Positions 35,291-48,071 of a stretch of 64,000 bases of DNA are shown here, piece by piece; within the stretch, counting starts at the first letter, position 1; every line of letters starts with the position of its first letter. The translations under genes were made by a program, and so were the position numbers. The notes below the pieces were generated by a model. That model saw only the letters and a program-made list of their open reading frames with translations. It was not told where the DNA came from and made no database searches. The stretch is from assembly GCA_027604505.1 (NCBI GenBank), contig JADIIX010000124.1, positions 1-64,000 of the forward strand, written 5' to 3'. Source of the DNA: Gonapodya sp. JEL0774. Its lineage: Eukaryota.

Positions 35291-36216
35291 TGCCGAGAAC
35301 CAAGCGACCGCCGAATGGAAAACCGGCACCACCAGGAAGATGGATGATCGAAACAGACAAAAGATCTCAAGTTTGAATAGAAAGCGTCGTCACTTCATGT
35401 CACTGCGCCTGCCGCGAGTCCTGCTGAGCTTCTGTCCAACTGTGGGGCAGTGGGTGGGGGGGTGGGTGGGTGGATCGTTGCGCTCGTGACTCGTCCTACC
35501 CCGATCAGGCCTCTCGATTAGCGGAGCCTGCTTGCTCACGATAGAGGCCTCAACGCTATTTTATTTATGAATACCCGCGTAAACATGCACTATTTTCATC
35601 ATCTATTACATGCGTAATAACATCGCTCCGACGGGTACCGAAAGTGTGCCAGTCCCCCCGCAATCCCCGTTATTTATATACGTACAGTAGAAACGCTCTT
35701 CCATAGAGACTTGAGCATCATGACTAGAGCCTCTCTGGCATGATGAACTCACGGGCAAGATTTGTTGTTCACAATTCACCGTTCACGGTCCTCCACGCGG
35801 TAATGAAGCACGAACCGCTCACCTTCCGACAGATCTCGATGATGGTCCTTGGTTGGCAGAGAATTTGGGCTTGGGATTTGAAGGAGATACATTCGTGTTT
35901 TACAGGCTGGTACTTTTCACCAAGAAGAGTTCATCAAGCCAATTTCCACGGAAAGCTAAATGTTAAACGTCTGAAACAAAATGCCGATACAGGCTCCATA
36001 ATGTACTAGTTTGATTCCGGGATACATTCTTGATGTGCAAGTAAAGAAGAAACCAGCCTGTAAAGTTTTTCATATTAATATGCACGAGCTGTGGCAGGTA
36101 AATGAACTTCGAGGGTTCCGCACCTGTTCTCTCCCCACATCCACCAATCCGCCCTCCTTGCAGCACTGCCACCGAGAATATAAAAAGAAAACTCCAATCG
36201 GACAACAACACCCAAA

Positions 36217-36695
36217 ATGATTCCAAGAATGCGATCTTCCTCTCTCATTGCTTTTCTGACTCTCGCAATCGTCGTTGTCCTGGTGAGTCCTGACTCCTAA
36301 AGTCATCATTCCACCGAACGACCTCAATCTCATAAGCATCAACCAATCTCTGTTCCTCCCGTCGTAATCCACCTTCTACTTCGCAGTCTTGCTTCACCCA
36401 ACCGGGAGAAGCCGTCCCCACATCCCACCTCGAAAAGCGATTGCCTCTCGCCAAGGACTTTCCCGTTTGTCCCGCGGGCTACATTCTGAGGTCCGCCGGA
36501 TTCATGACCGAGGACCAGAAATGGGTGTGGCAGTTCCCTGTGGAGGCACAGATTGGAAGCAACGGTCTGCCGCATTTCACCAAGGTGCAGGACTGTATTT
36601 GCCGCGAGCACTCAGATTGGGTAGCGACCTCGAGGAAGCCGGATGGCAATGAGGGCTGGGGATACTGTGTGACTATTAACTTGACGGGCGTATAA
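36217..36695 (+). CDS. Small secreted Cys-containing protein with Kex2 propeptide (124 aa, 2 exons)
   Basis: Exon 36217-36282 (MIPRMRSSSLIAFLTLAIVVVL), GT-AG intron, then exon 36387-36695 (SCFTQPGEAVPTSHLEKR/LPLAKDFPVCPAGY...GYCVTINLTGV*). Confidence 0.7.
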
Positions 36696-37351
36696 GCGAA
36701 ATTGATACTCGTGCTTTGTTGGGACTCATTTTAGATACTATTGTGTACTATGGTGCCTACTTCCTCTGTTTGAAGAGACAGTCCACGTCAATTGTGGGAA
36801 GTGCCTACCAAAGCTTCTCAGAGAAATTCCTCTGGAATTGTAAATCATGGCATGTGGGAGCTTCGTTCGATGACATTCGACCGGACAACAAAGGTGACCA
36901 CTGCGCACGTTCTAAGCAACAACCACAAACAAACTTTTGTATGTTCTGGTGATTCATACTTCGATTGCGGTCCCCGGTTCACATCAGTGTGAGGTGCAAG
37001 CATCAGTTCAGAAGATCACTGGCATAATCGTCCAAAGTCCAAACTGGACGAGCTACTACATCCCCTGATAGACAGCTTTTCAAAAGCGTAGTCAATCAAT
37101 AATAGCTGCTTCTGGTTGAGAAAAGGTAAGTTGCTTTCAAATTCTCCCTGTCGGACCCACCAGCACTTGGTCCCCTCTGCAACGAGGAACAAGTCCAAGA
37201 CAGTCTCGGAAACTGAATCCATGCTGTTCATTCAATCAAGCATTGGGGACGAGATCATGCGCGGTCTACAAACCCGTTTCACTTGGTGATCTCTTTGATT
37301 GTGGATGGGAAAGATGCTTCCTCACTGTCATCAAACCATATGTCCGATCGG

Positions 37352-37929
37352 GAGAGAATTCAGGCCCAAAAGTGGGAACTCACTCGAGAGTACACGTTTC
37401 TGTTGTTGCGCGCTTTCCACTTATGCTCACGGATCGCTTTGCTCACGCGATCGCTCTGCTCACAGAGTGTGAGTTGGAGGCAACGGTTGTCTCCGTCGGA
37501 CGCGCGGACTAAAAGGTTGATTTGGGTTGTGCTCCTCATCCACTGCATGAGCGCGTACGATGTCGATGCAGTCCATAAGACCCAGATCGATGAATGGAGT
37601 TGGAATTGAGTGAGATTTGGAGGATGGGGACCTATAGGTGAGTTTGCCTTCGTGGCGCATGAGTTCTTCCTCCCTTTCTTCGTCGTCTGTGTCTCAATGT
37701 CCTCTCCAGCGCAGTGAACACCTCCCCTGTGGTGGTCCCCGGGCAACGTTGCAGGGCCCTCCTGCAACGGCTAACGTGCACCGAACTCTGGTTCCGCTGC
37801 ATCTACCGAGATCGGAAGATTGACTTGTTCCTTGAAATGTCCCCTTAGTAGCTTATTAGTTCATGTGTATGGGTAGTTCATCTTTTAAAATAGAAATCAT
37901 CACCTGATCAATTTCATTTGAGTGTGCAT
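37352..37929 (-). repeat. Dispersed repeat family A, uninterrupted inverted copy
   Basis: Its reverse complement aligns contiguously to 1862-2208 and then to 4286-4520. Confidence 0.85.
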
Positions 37930-38529
37930 TCAGTTCACCTTGAGTTCGATGCCAACTGTTGTGTCGAGTGTGAATGTGAGTGCCTTCCCCTCACCTGCTC
38001 ACTGCGCCGCCGTTGGCACCAGTAATCGTGAGCTGAGAGCTCCAATCCTTGACAATGGGGGGGAGTGGAGTGGCGAGCTCGGAAGTGGTGACAAACTCCC
38101 GGGGTGCAAATGTACAGTTAACGGGACAGCATACCCGTCCCAAAATTGCTTATAGACTACTACTACTGACGTGCTAAGTACTTCTCGTGTAGTATATCTG
38201 TCTTTAATCATGAATCCCATTAACCCGCGCGTTCCCATGCACCATTGTGCACGTACATAGAAAAGAGACCTCCTTATGAACATTTACCGAGAGTTTTGTG
38301 ATTGTTTACCCACTTTGAAACTAATACATGTAATTATGGAGAAACACGGACGCTTTGTGTGCCTCAACAGGCGAGACACAGCACCGGGCTCCCGACCTGA
38401 CCACGTCACACTTGAGCTGCTTACCAAATCGAGTTGATCCACTCGCATTTTCACCCACTCATCACATCCCATCCCATCACATCCATCACACACTCCCCTT
38501 CTCTCCTTCTCCCCTCCCACACTCAATCC

Positions 38530-39270
38530 ATGGCAAACTCACCCACAGACTCAAATCCCTCCACTCCCTCCCCCCCTTCCCATCAACCCCAATCACACAA
38601 GTCAAAGACAAAACCATGCCGTGTCTGCTCGGACTTCAAGCAATGGGCTCGCGCTGACGTCCTCAACAACTCCAACCAATCAAACCCGCAATCGTCAAAT
38701 TCAAAGCCAGACACAGCGTCCGCTTTCGCTGGCATGGCAACTTTCGCTACTCTCGCGGGAATCCACTCTACGCAGTCGTCGTCCCCGCCCGCACACGCTT
38801 CTCCACCTCCCTCCACTCCAACAGCCACCACCACCTCCACCACCACACACCCCGAAACCCCCTCCATCCCCCACCCCCTGCCCCCCACAGAACCCGTCCC
38901 CCACTTCTCCTTCTCTCCCACCACACACACCCGCTGCCCCCCCGACTCCACCGAACTCGGCCAATCCACCTGGACCTTTCTCCATACCATGGCCGCCTAC
39001 TACCCGCCCACCCCGACACCCGACGACCAAGCCTCCATGCGCACGTTCATATCCGGTCTTGCCCGATGGTACCCCTGTGGATGGTGTGCCGACCACGTGA
39101 AGAAAGTCGTCGACAGGGACCCGCCCAAGGTGGCCTCCAGGACAGACCTGGCAAAGTGGTTCTGTGATCTGCACAACGAGGTCAATGCAAGGCAGGGCAA
39201 ACCATTGTTTGATTGTGCAAAAGTGGATGAGCGGTGGAGCGACGGGCCGGCGGACGGGTCCTGTGATTGA
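38530..39270 (+). CDS. ERV1: Erv1/ALR mitochondrial FAD-linked sulfhydryl oxidase
   Basis: Shuttle motif KPCRVC, CPPDSTELGQSTWTFLHTMAAYYP, redox motif YPCGWCA and CDLHNEVNARQGKPLFDC. Intronless. Confidence 0.95.
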   Translation: MANSPTDSNPSTPSPPSHQPQSHKSKTKPCRVCSDFKQWARADVLNNSNQSNPQSSNSKPDTASAFAGMATFATLAGIHSTQSSSPPAHASPPPSTPTATTTSTTTHPETPSIPHPLPPTEPVPHFSFSPTTHTRCPPDSTELGQSTWTFLHTMAAYYPPTPTPDDQASMRTFISGLARWYPCGWCADHVKKVVDRDPPKVASRTDLAKWFCDLHNEVNARQGKPLFDCAKVDERWSDGPADGSCD

Positions 39271-40164
39271 GAAATGCATATCCAAGGTAGCTACCACTTA
39301 CATACAAGACAACAAGAACAAGACAGGTGGACACACACGGACATTATTCTTGCCTGTCCAACTGATATGTAGCACACGTGCTCGACTCGAACGACGTTGG
39401 TGGTCGGTCCGGTATGGGTCCGGGGGCACTGACACCCGTTCCACACATGTAGGAAAGAGCATACCCAAATATGACCATTACTCTACACCCACCTTCACAC
39501 AACCCTCGAACCAATTCTCGCCGTCGTGCCGGTGTTCCGCATTCCACACGTACTAACCTCTTCCCCCACTGTGCCATCCACCCCACACCGGCCCCCACGG
39601 TGCACCCCTCCTACCTCCCTCGTTGTGCCATGTATATTAGCAACCCAACAAATGCTCTCTTATGCCTATCCTAATCCACCACCACACTCATGACACAGAC
39701 ACACCTTGTGCAACCATGTCCCCACCACACACACCCCTCCACCCAAGCAGGCGAATGCTAGCTCCTTTAACCGTTCTGCCGTGCAGCCCTTTGCGTGTCT
39801 GTTCTTTTTTTGTGCGACTCCGTGTGCCCCGCTGCGAAGGTTCACCGCTCGTCTGCTTCAAAATCGAATACCGAAAACCCCAAATGCATTCTGTTCCATT
39901 GCTTTCCTTCCCGTGGCCGATCGCCTGCCCGCTTCCCCCACCGCCAACCCAAAAAAGACCAAGAGTAAAAAACACCCCACCATCCCAACATCCCACCCCT
40001 GGCAATTCTATCACTAGGCCACCAGATCTGACAACTGTGTCCCTGTCCACTGTCCAATTTTCGGTACCCTCGTGCTCCCGTCTGAGCTCTGTCGATCCAC
40101 CACACCGCTGCCCAGTCCAAACTCCACACACCCTCGGGACCCCGCCCTGCGCCTATACCCCGCC

Positions 40165-42949
40165 TCACGCCTCAGCCTGCTGCGACCTCCCCTACACAAC
40201 ACCACGGACCCAAACGAAACGACCCACTGTAAGCCCACACCCACGCCACCAAAACGGACAAAAAACAAAAAAAAAAACACTCACCACGCCCCGACCACCC
40301 CTCGCCCCGTACCCTCCCCTCCACCCACCACCGCCTCCTCCCCTGTACCCACCACCGCCTCCTCCACCTCGCCCCCCTTCCCCCCCCCGTGGGGCGCCCC
40401 GCCCCCGGTACCCTGTGTTTTTATGGTTTTATTTAACGGGGCGCGGGCCGCGACGGTGGGGGGGGGGGGGGGGGGGAGTGGTTGATGCAAGCGAGGAGGC
40501 CACGAGATCAGATCGGGGTTTCCACAAAACACAAACAAGCAACACAGGAGAGGGGGTGTTGGTTGGGTTGGCTCACCTCCACGGTACCCGCTCGTGTACG
40601 TTCCGGCTTGTCCAAATGTTTCCATGTTTATCCTCCGTTCGCGGTAGTGGAGCTCGCGCCAGTTGGGACNNNNNNNNNNGCGCGGAGTAGAAGGGCAAAA
40701 TATGCACGAACCGCATTGTTACTGGACACGATCACCACCGGTGCAGGCGACGCAAGAAGGGGAGGGGAGAGTTGGGCCGCGATATCGCGTCCTCCTCCCA
40801 TTCCACCCCCCTGGAGAAAATGCTCACGTGCTCGCTTCGACCTGCCTATCCTTGGCCTCGCACGAAATATCGTCAAAAAAGCCCGACTTGTCGTAGAACC
40901 CGCTCCCTTTGGCCTTTTCCACGTCTAAATCGATCTCCCCATCCTCAGACTCCTCCAGAGCCGGACTGGCAGACGCGGCCCGCCCCACCGACGCCGACGC
41001 CGGCGTACTGGTCACCGGCGGTACGATCGCCTTGGATATCTCTTCGAACTTGCGGTTCGCCTCGTCGAAGTCGTAGTCGTCTTGAGGGACGGGTGGGCCG
41101 CGAGCGCCTCCTCGGCCTCGGTGGAAGGCACCTCCACGGTAGGGGATGCCGGTTGGGCCGCCGAAGTTGCCCCGGCTACGGGTGTTGGAGTCGGGGATGG
41201 GTGGCACGACGATGGTCTCGTTGGCTTCGAGGGTGGGAGGGGTGCAGTGGGTCAATCACCGCCAAAAAGGCCCCCGCAAGGCACCTCGCACCGGCACGAC
41301 GAGTATCGGTCTAGATCCATTCGATACCGTCTGAAAATATCTCACCTCCAACTTTCTTTCCTTGCACCACGTCCGCCAGCGTGGTCGCCTTCTTCACTTC
41401 ACTGTCTCCGTTTACATGACCATCTGCAGAGCCCGGCGCCGCACCCAGTCTCTTCGCTTGTTGAATTCCCGATTGACCTTGCTGCGCAGTCCGACCTTGC
41501 TGCGGTGCAGCTCCGGCCTGTGGCTGCTGCGGCGGCTGCACCTTCGGACCCACCACTCCCGCTGCCCGCGATGCTTTGGGCTCCTTCTTCACAACCACGG
41601 CGATCGGCTCTGGGGTCGCGACCGCCGCCGATACCGAAGATGTAACTGCAGGCGCGGTCGTGGATGGCGCCTGAGAAGCAGTCTTCGTGTCTGGCTTCTT
41701 CGTGCCGGGAGCTTGTTGTGAAAATCCACCGGTCGAGGTAACTGGTGGAGTCCCAATCGGACTCGGCGCGGGTTTGGCAGCATCCGAGACCTTGAGCGCC
41801 TTGAGGCGTGATGCGGCATCATCGATGGGGGAGGTTAGCTGGGGAACCGCACTCGGCGCACCTGACACAGGAGGGCTTATAGGTGTTTGGTTTGGCTGGT
41901 CGAATGCAGTGCCAGGAGGTTGGGAGGAGGGGAGTTGTTGTGGCATCTTTGGAACATACGAAATGCGTGAATCTCAGAAAAGGCACATCACAGCTTTCTC
42001 GCGTTTCCACACAGGCACGAATGTCGGATGTTTGGGTAAACGGCAACCCCAAAAGACACTCACTCCGTTACCAGGCATTCCCATCGATTGAAGTTGCTGC
42101 TGTAGCTGCGCCCAAAGAGCGGGATTCTGCTGAGCAAGTTGCGCCATAACATACGGGTTCATGAAAGACTGCTGAGGCCCCAGGCCAGGGCCTGGCATTG
42201 GTTGGCCAAAGGGTGGGGGGCCGCCGAACGGGGAGAATGGGAGGAACGGCGAACCTCCATAAGGATTGTAGCCAGGACCGGCCAGAGGATTGAAAGAGTT
42301 GGGGGGGGGCAGCTGTGTTGATATGAAGGTTGATAAAACAACATCACTAAGCCGAGGGGACTGATTTCGTTTGTTTGAATGGTTTGCTAGGGCAGCTGAC
42401 TTCGCAAGCGTGTCCGTACGCGCCCCAGAAAATTCCACAACAAACCCTCTAAAATGGACCTCACACTCACACCATACGGCTGTTGCTGTGGTATTCGCTG
42501 TTGAGGGCCGCCGAATCCACCTAAAGGAGGAAAACCGGGAGCAGTTGAAGTGGGAGGGCCAACAGGCGACTTGGAAGCAGTGCCCGTCTGAATTGCCGGT
42601 TCAGATTGAGAGCCAGGCGCCTGACTTGGCTGGTCGTAGTCGAGATAGGTTATATCCGAGATATCCGCGCCCTTGAACATGATCATTTCGTACACCGTGT
42701 CCACTGCGCCAATCTCGTCAGGGCCACCACCTTTACGACCCTCTGTTCCGAAAGAGCGCACTGCGATAATTTCCAATGGAAAACCATGTGGGTGAGTGCT
42801 AAAGAGGGCCGAGAAGAAGTTGGCGGAAACATCCACGCACCATTGTCGAGAGTCAGCGAAGACTGCTCCTCGTCCAGGTGCGCAAGCACGCCAACGTAGC
42901 GAATGCCTGTCTTCGACAGGAGAGAAATTCGACTGCCCACGATCGCCAT
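40165..42949 (-). CDS. SCD6: Scd6/LSM14 mRNA decapping activator
   Basis: LSm domain VGSRISLLSKTGIRYVG...VRSFGTEGR, FDF box DYDFDEANRKF, FFD box FYDKSGFFDDISCE, TFG box ERRINMETFG and an RGG tail. The gene spans the assembly gap. Confidence 0.92.
40670..40679. other. Assembly gap (10 N)
   Basis: Run of N in the sequence. Confidence 1.
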
Positions 42950-43482
42950 GACCGTTTGTTTGCGTCTCCTAAATGCAAACCCGTGTGGATAATTTGAATG
43001 GCCAAACGCGACACATCCCACACGAAGAGAATTAAACTGCCGAATTATGTAACACAGCAACATTGGAGCTGTCCGATTCCGAAATTGTTGCAAAAGAGTC
43101 TACCCCTTCTTGTGTACTCAGTATCTCTATAATTCTATTGAACTCCTACATATTCTGCTTGCAGTTTCCACTAATCCTCTGAGTAAAAGGCACTCAGCAT
43201 GCCTGCCCACTTTGGATTGAACGAGTATTACTTGGCATGAGGTGATTCCACGTCTGAACGGAAAGAAAACTGAAAACAGATTAGTTGTCTATCTCAAGGA
43301 AACCGATGCATCGTGTGGGGAAGTTATTATGGACAGCTGGAGGTTCCGCTCAGCTTATCGTGATTGTTATTATCATCATTCCGTTTCAAGTGGTGTGGAC
43401 CATTTACCGAAGGCAGTTTGAAATTCTCCGAGTACCATGTCCGACTGCGCATTCAAGTAGCCAGCTCGCAGAGCACACAGAA

Positions 43483-44796
43483 ATGCTTTCCGCTCACGCT
43501 GCCGCATCTTCCACCCGTCCATCCTTGCCGTCAACGTCGGTTCCCGTAGCATCCGTTGACGCTCCGTCCCCCTTCTCCTCCCTCCTTGCTGCTTCTTTGG
43601 GCTCTGGCGGCTTTTTGAGCGGCTTGGATAGCTCTCGCTCGGACGATGAGACACGCGTTCTTCATCCACCGAAGCGAATTCGCGCCGCTGGACCGGACTC
43701 AGTTTCATTCCCCGCCAACGTATCCTACTCGCATCAAAAGGATTTTCGACAGCAGTTTCCAGTGCTGTTTGCAGCACAGACAGGTCCTGCGTCGCAGAAT
43801 CCGGTGGGAGAAGAAGGAATGGGCCATTGGACCACTCACAGCTCTTGCGGGCGTCAGGTCTTCCTGCACACACAAGTCAACAGCATTAACGGTATCCCAG
43901 GCCATTATGCGGCTCTTGTAGATACAGCACATGGTACTCAGCGGGATGCATCTCTCCCCCATCCTCCCTCAGCTTACGGGGCCGCCTCTACTCATCCCCA
44001 CGCGCACTTTTCCAAACCGACGCCGTCTCTGCAGCAACCACTCCCACCCACACAACGCAGAATCTGCGTCAGCAAAGCTTGCGACAGCTGCCGCACAGCG
44101 AAATTAAAGTGCTCGGGGCTTCCTGACATTACCAATTACGACCCCGTCACTCCAGTGTCTTGTGAACGGTGCCGCAAACGTTCCGTTCCTTGCACCTTCG
44201 ATCTTGAACGTTTAAAGCGTGGAAGACCGAAGAAGGAAAGGGACAGCACGAGCTCCTTGAAATCGTCCAATATTCCATCCGCGATTGATGTGCGAACATC
44301 ATCCGATGGACGCAAAGCGTCTCTCAGTCGCACAACGCTGTCTGACACCTTTACGACGGCAGTGCAAGAATGTGAAGTAGAGCACGGCGCCGCTAGCGCA
44401 CCAGTGAGTGTCATCTCAGGTGTTGCCACATCAACTTCGAGTTCTGGATCTGCAGTGACTACACTCGTTGAGGACGGGAATACACATCGTGGAGGGGCAG
44501 GGCGAACTGTGGTGAATCCTGAATTTGATCGAAACTGGGGAATTGACACCAACAGAAGGGAGCACGAACATCCGGTAGGTGCTTCCACGTCCCTTCTCTG
44601 CTCTTTTATGGACTTGAGATTCATGGACTCGATATTCAATGCATTTCGCTTGTACACCAATGCTGCAGCCTGGTCAGAGTTCCTACTCCGTGGCAGCATC
44701 GTTTCCCCCTTCTTCGGCTCCACCAAAATGTTTCCCGGAACTTGTTCCTCCGAAGGACAATCTGACAGAGTTGCTTGCAGAGAGGGAGTTGGCTGA
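43483..44796 (+). CDS. Zn(II)2Cys6 binuclear cluster transcription factor
   Basis: ACDSCRTAKLKC-x16-CERCRKRSVPCTF followed by LKRGRPKK, in one long ORF. The start codon is uncertain. Confidence 0.88.
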   Translation: MLSAHAAASSTRPSLPSTSVPVASVDAPSPFSSLLAASLGSGGFLSGLDSSRSDDETRVLHPPKRIRAAGPDSVSFPANVSYSHQKDFRQQFPVLFAAQTGPASQNPVGEEGMGHWTTHSSCGRQVFLHTQVNSINGIPGHYAALVDTAHGTQRDASLPHPPSAYGAASTHPHAHFSKPTPSLQQPLPPTQRRICVSKACDSCRTAKLKCSGLPDITNYDPVTPVSCERCRKRSVPCTFDLERLKRGRPKKERDSTSSLKSSNIPSAIDVRTSSDGRKASLSRTTLSDTFTTAVQECEVEHGAASAPVSVISGVATSTSSSGSAVTTLVEDGNTHRGGAGRTVVNPEFDRNWGIDTNRREHEHPVGASTSLLCSFMDLRFMDSIFNAFRLYTNAAAWSEFLLRGSIVSPFFGSTKMFPGTCSSEGQSDRVACREGVG

Positions 44797-45037
44797 GGTC
44801 TTACGAAGTTGGAAGAGAAGTTGAAGTGTTTGAAAGAACACATTACATTAGTCACATGGATGAACTTGCACATATTCCACAAATAAATTAATTGTAATGC
44901 TTGCGAAATTGGATTCGCTGGACGATATACTAGGCGTAATCACTCAAATGCAAATCCGCAGAGAGGATGTGAATAACGCTCCTTCCACCCATTGCAGTGG
45001 AGTTCAGCATCACCCAACAAGCCTTTCATCCTAAACA

Positions 45038-45962
45038 ATGAATGAACCCATGGAACAATCTGCAAGTATTGCACAGGAATCCCCCATATCCATCTCTGAT
45101 ATTCCCGTTCTGAAGGAGGAAAAGCTTTTCAAACGGTAAAGTGTCGATAAAGATGATCACACATTCACGCCACCAGTCACGATACTGATTCAATGTAATT
45201 TAGATTCGTAACTGTTTATAATCGAACCATCCGACAACCATCCGGACTTGTTTCTGAATGGGACATTGTTGGCCATGATCAAGATGGGAAAGGAGTTCCG
45301 TGCGCAGAAGCCAACTTTGTCGCCGTATTTCCGTTCGACACCAAGACGAAGACCACTACACTCGTGAGGGAGTATGCACAGGGACCTCACCAAATGGTGA
45401 GCATTCGCACCCACATACGGGAGTTACCAGCGCCGAATGACGATGACTCAATACTTTCAAACAGTAGCTCTACACAGTACCGTGGTGAGCCCTCTCCTGA
45501 CAAATCGATCATCGAAGGTCCATGATGATCCACTCGAAACCAATTTATCGCAACCTTCCTTCAGTGGCGCTTACGATGTCAGAAAGCATAGCTCACACCT
45601 CGACGCCGCTCAGCATGAGTTGTCCGAGGAGGCTCTACTTACTGGTGGCACTTGGATTACATTATCGTCTGGCCGAGGCATTCCAGAGCTCAAATGGTCT
45701 ACCAATTTATTCCACGTGTTCCTTTGCCTTGATCCTGTGGAAGATTCAAACCCCGGGCAGCGAGATCCTGAAGAGATTATAACTGTGTGTAGGAATGTGG
45801 CGGTGGATGATTTGAAAGCTTCAATTATGCGGGGTGAGATGCTGCTGCCGGTGAGTACACATCCGGGAAATTATTCAAACTCTTGCTTACTCCATTCCAC
45901 AGGCCGTTCAGACTTCGTGGATGGCTCTAGAATATCTGGAGAAAAATAGCTTATTGAAGTAG
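45038..45962 (+). CDS. Nudix-family hydrolase
   Basis: Spliced WDIVGH...AVFPFD...TLVREYAQG...GAYDVRKHSSHLDAAQHELSEEA (Nudix-box variant), then DPEEII and MALEYL. Confidence 0.8.
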
Positions 45963-46052
45963 AGAAACCTGGTGGGGTGTGTTTGGCAGTTCTGTCCAGA
46001 GTTGGTCGCCCAGTGCGCACAAGAAAACGGAATTCTCCTCGATCGCCTTAAA

Positions 46053-47946
46053 ATGTCCAAACAGAATCCTCTACCCGGCGCGCTCCCACCTCGTCCAGAT
46101 CCCAAACATGATCCACGTGTAGAAGGCTCCCTTTTCGCGAACGACCCTCGTGTTGCCGTGAGATTTTGAATGTTTGCATCAGAGCCTCCGACCGATTTAC
46201 CAACATCATGTTCATAATTATGGTGATATTTTACTGTGAAGTATGTCTACGAGACTGAGAAGTACGTTTATCGCGACGAATCGGAGGGTATAAACTACGA
46301 GTATGATGATGCCAAGAAGGCCTGGTTTCCGATGGTGAGTTCAACATGCTTTCACATCTTGTTCGTCGTGAATTCGATTCTATATGGTTCCCTCTCGAAG
46401 TTCGACGAGTCCCTTCTCGCTGCGCAACAATCTGTCTACTCAGTGGCGGGGGTGAATGAAGAGGAGGTCAATCCAGCACCTCAAAGAAAAGAGAAGAGGA
46501 AGGCAGTATTCACGGGCGCGACGATAGATGACCAGGTGCGTGAGCAGAGTGCAAGGGTTTCTTCTCTGTAGTCATTGATGTCTGTGTCTTGACCCATCAG
46601 GACACACCGGCCAAGAAGCAAAAACCGGGGAAAGCTCCGCCTCCCATCACCTCCATTTACGTGACCAACTTGCCACACGATACGGACGAGGATGAGGTAA
46701 AGGAGTTTTTCACAAAGTGTGGTCTCATTATGACCGACCTTGCGACTGGTATGGTTCTCGGCTGCAGTTTGGGCGTTGCGCTCAATCTCTCAGTGTTTAT
46801 TATCTGCGTTATCGCACAGGAAAGCCGCGCATTAAGCTATACCGCAATCCGTCCACGGACCAGTTTAAAGGAGACGCTTTGGTCACTTACTTCAAGGAAG
46901 AGTCGGTCGCTCTTGCAATTCAGCTTCTAGACGAGTCAGAGTACCGACTTGGAAAGGGTCCAGTGGTGCGGGTGTCTAAGGCGCAGTTTACACCCAAGGA
47001 ATCCAAGTTGCACCAGAACAATGGTGACGCCTCAAAAGGGGCGAATGCCAACGCGAATTCGGGAGTTTCGGGAAGTGGACAGCGCTCCAAAGCAGACAAA
47101 AAGAAAATCCACCGGACACTGGACCAGCTAAACAAGCAGTTGGGTTGGTACGAGGATGAGACCGGCAAGCGGTCCGAAAAATCACTTAGGATTGTTATAT
47201 TAAAGGGGATGTTTACGCAGAAAGAGTTAGAGAGCGATCCCACACTGCTGTTAGATCTCAAAGAGGATGTTCGAGGAGAGTGCGAAAAGTGCGGAGAAGT
47301 GACAAATGTCGTCCTTTTTGACAAAAGTGACGATGGCGTGATGAGTGTCAAGTTCAAGGAGCAGACAGCAGCAGACGCATGTGTGCAGGTGCGTTGCTTG
47401 GGGGCACGAGAGGGAGGGCCTGTAGTTCTCTTGTTCCGTCTTTTCGGAAAGCCGCAAGGCCGGCGTTTCTTCCGCCTATCCCATCCCGACACATCCCACA
47501 CGTAGCTCATGAACGGTCGTTTTTTTGCGGGCCGTCGCATTCTCGCCGAGTTGTACGACGGGAAAACCAAGTACGAGAACCTGAAGTCCGGCAAAGTGGA
47601 AACTGAAGAGGAGGAGAAGGCTAGGCTTGAGCGGTACACAAGATGGCTCGAGGGTCAAGATGGAAACCAGGACGCCAACAGCTCTGAAAATTTGAATGCA
47701 ATGCCAGATGTTCGACGGACCGCCGCAACCCCACCACCGGACACGTCCAGTAGTGAAGCCGAGGAGGACGAACCCACCATCCCCGAAGGAGCGATTATGT
47801 TACCTGGCGGTGGTTGGGCGATACCCCCGAAACCATTCTTGGATGATGAGGAGTCCATCAAGGCACCACAACATCTTGCAGACCTAGCCTGGGGAAAGGA
47901 GGCGGACGAGGATCGCGCTTTAGAGGCTGCAGACGATGATGTGTAG
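46053..47946 (+). CDS. CUS2: U2 snRNP-associated splicing factor Cus2/HTATSF1 (RRM + UHM)
   Basis: SIYVTNLP, GKPRIKLY, FKGDALVTYFKEESVALA, IVILKGMF, LLDLKEDVRGECEKCGEV and MNGRFFAGR. Confidence 0.92.
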
Positions 47947-48071
47947 TGGTTTTGAGTCTATTAGTTTGAATGCAAATTTAGTAAGCTACGAATTGCTGAA
48001 TTTGCACCCTGAGGAGCCTGCAGCACGGCCCGAACTTTTACCCAACACCATCATTGGGTGATTCAGTTGAC

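Noticed and set aside
37922..38155. Short Cys-containing ORF as a second secreted peptide
   Set aside because: It has no signal peptide or supportable exon structure and overlaps the edge of repeat A.
39662..40690. 342-aa Pro-rich + strand ORF
   Set aside because: It is the antisense shadow of the G-rich RGG tail and 3' region of SCD6, with no domain signal.
46920..47639. Long antisense ORFs (also 54067-54690 and 44136-44882)
   Set aside because: They lie opposite well-supported genes and show no protein motifs.
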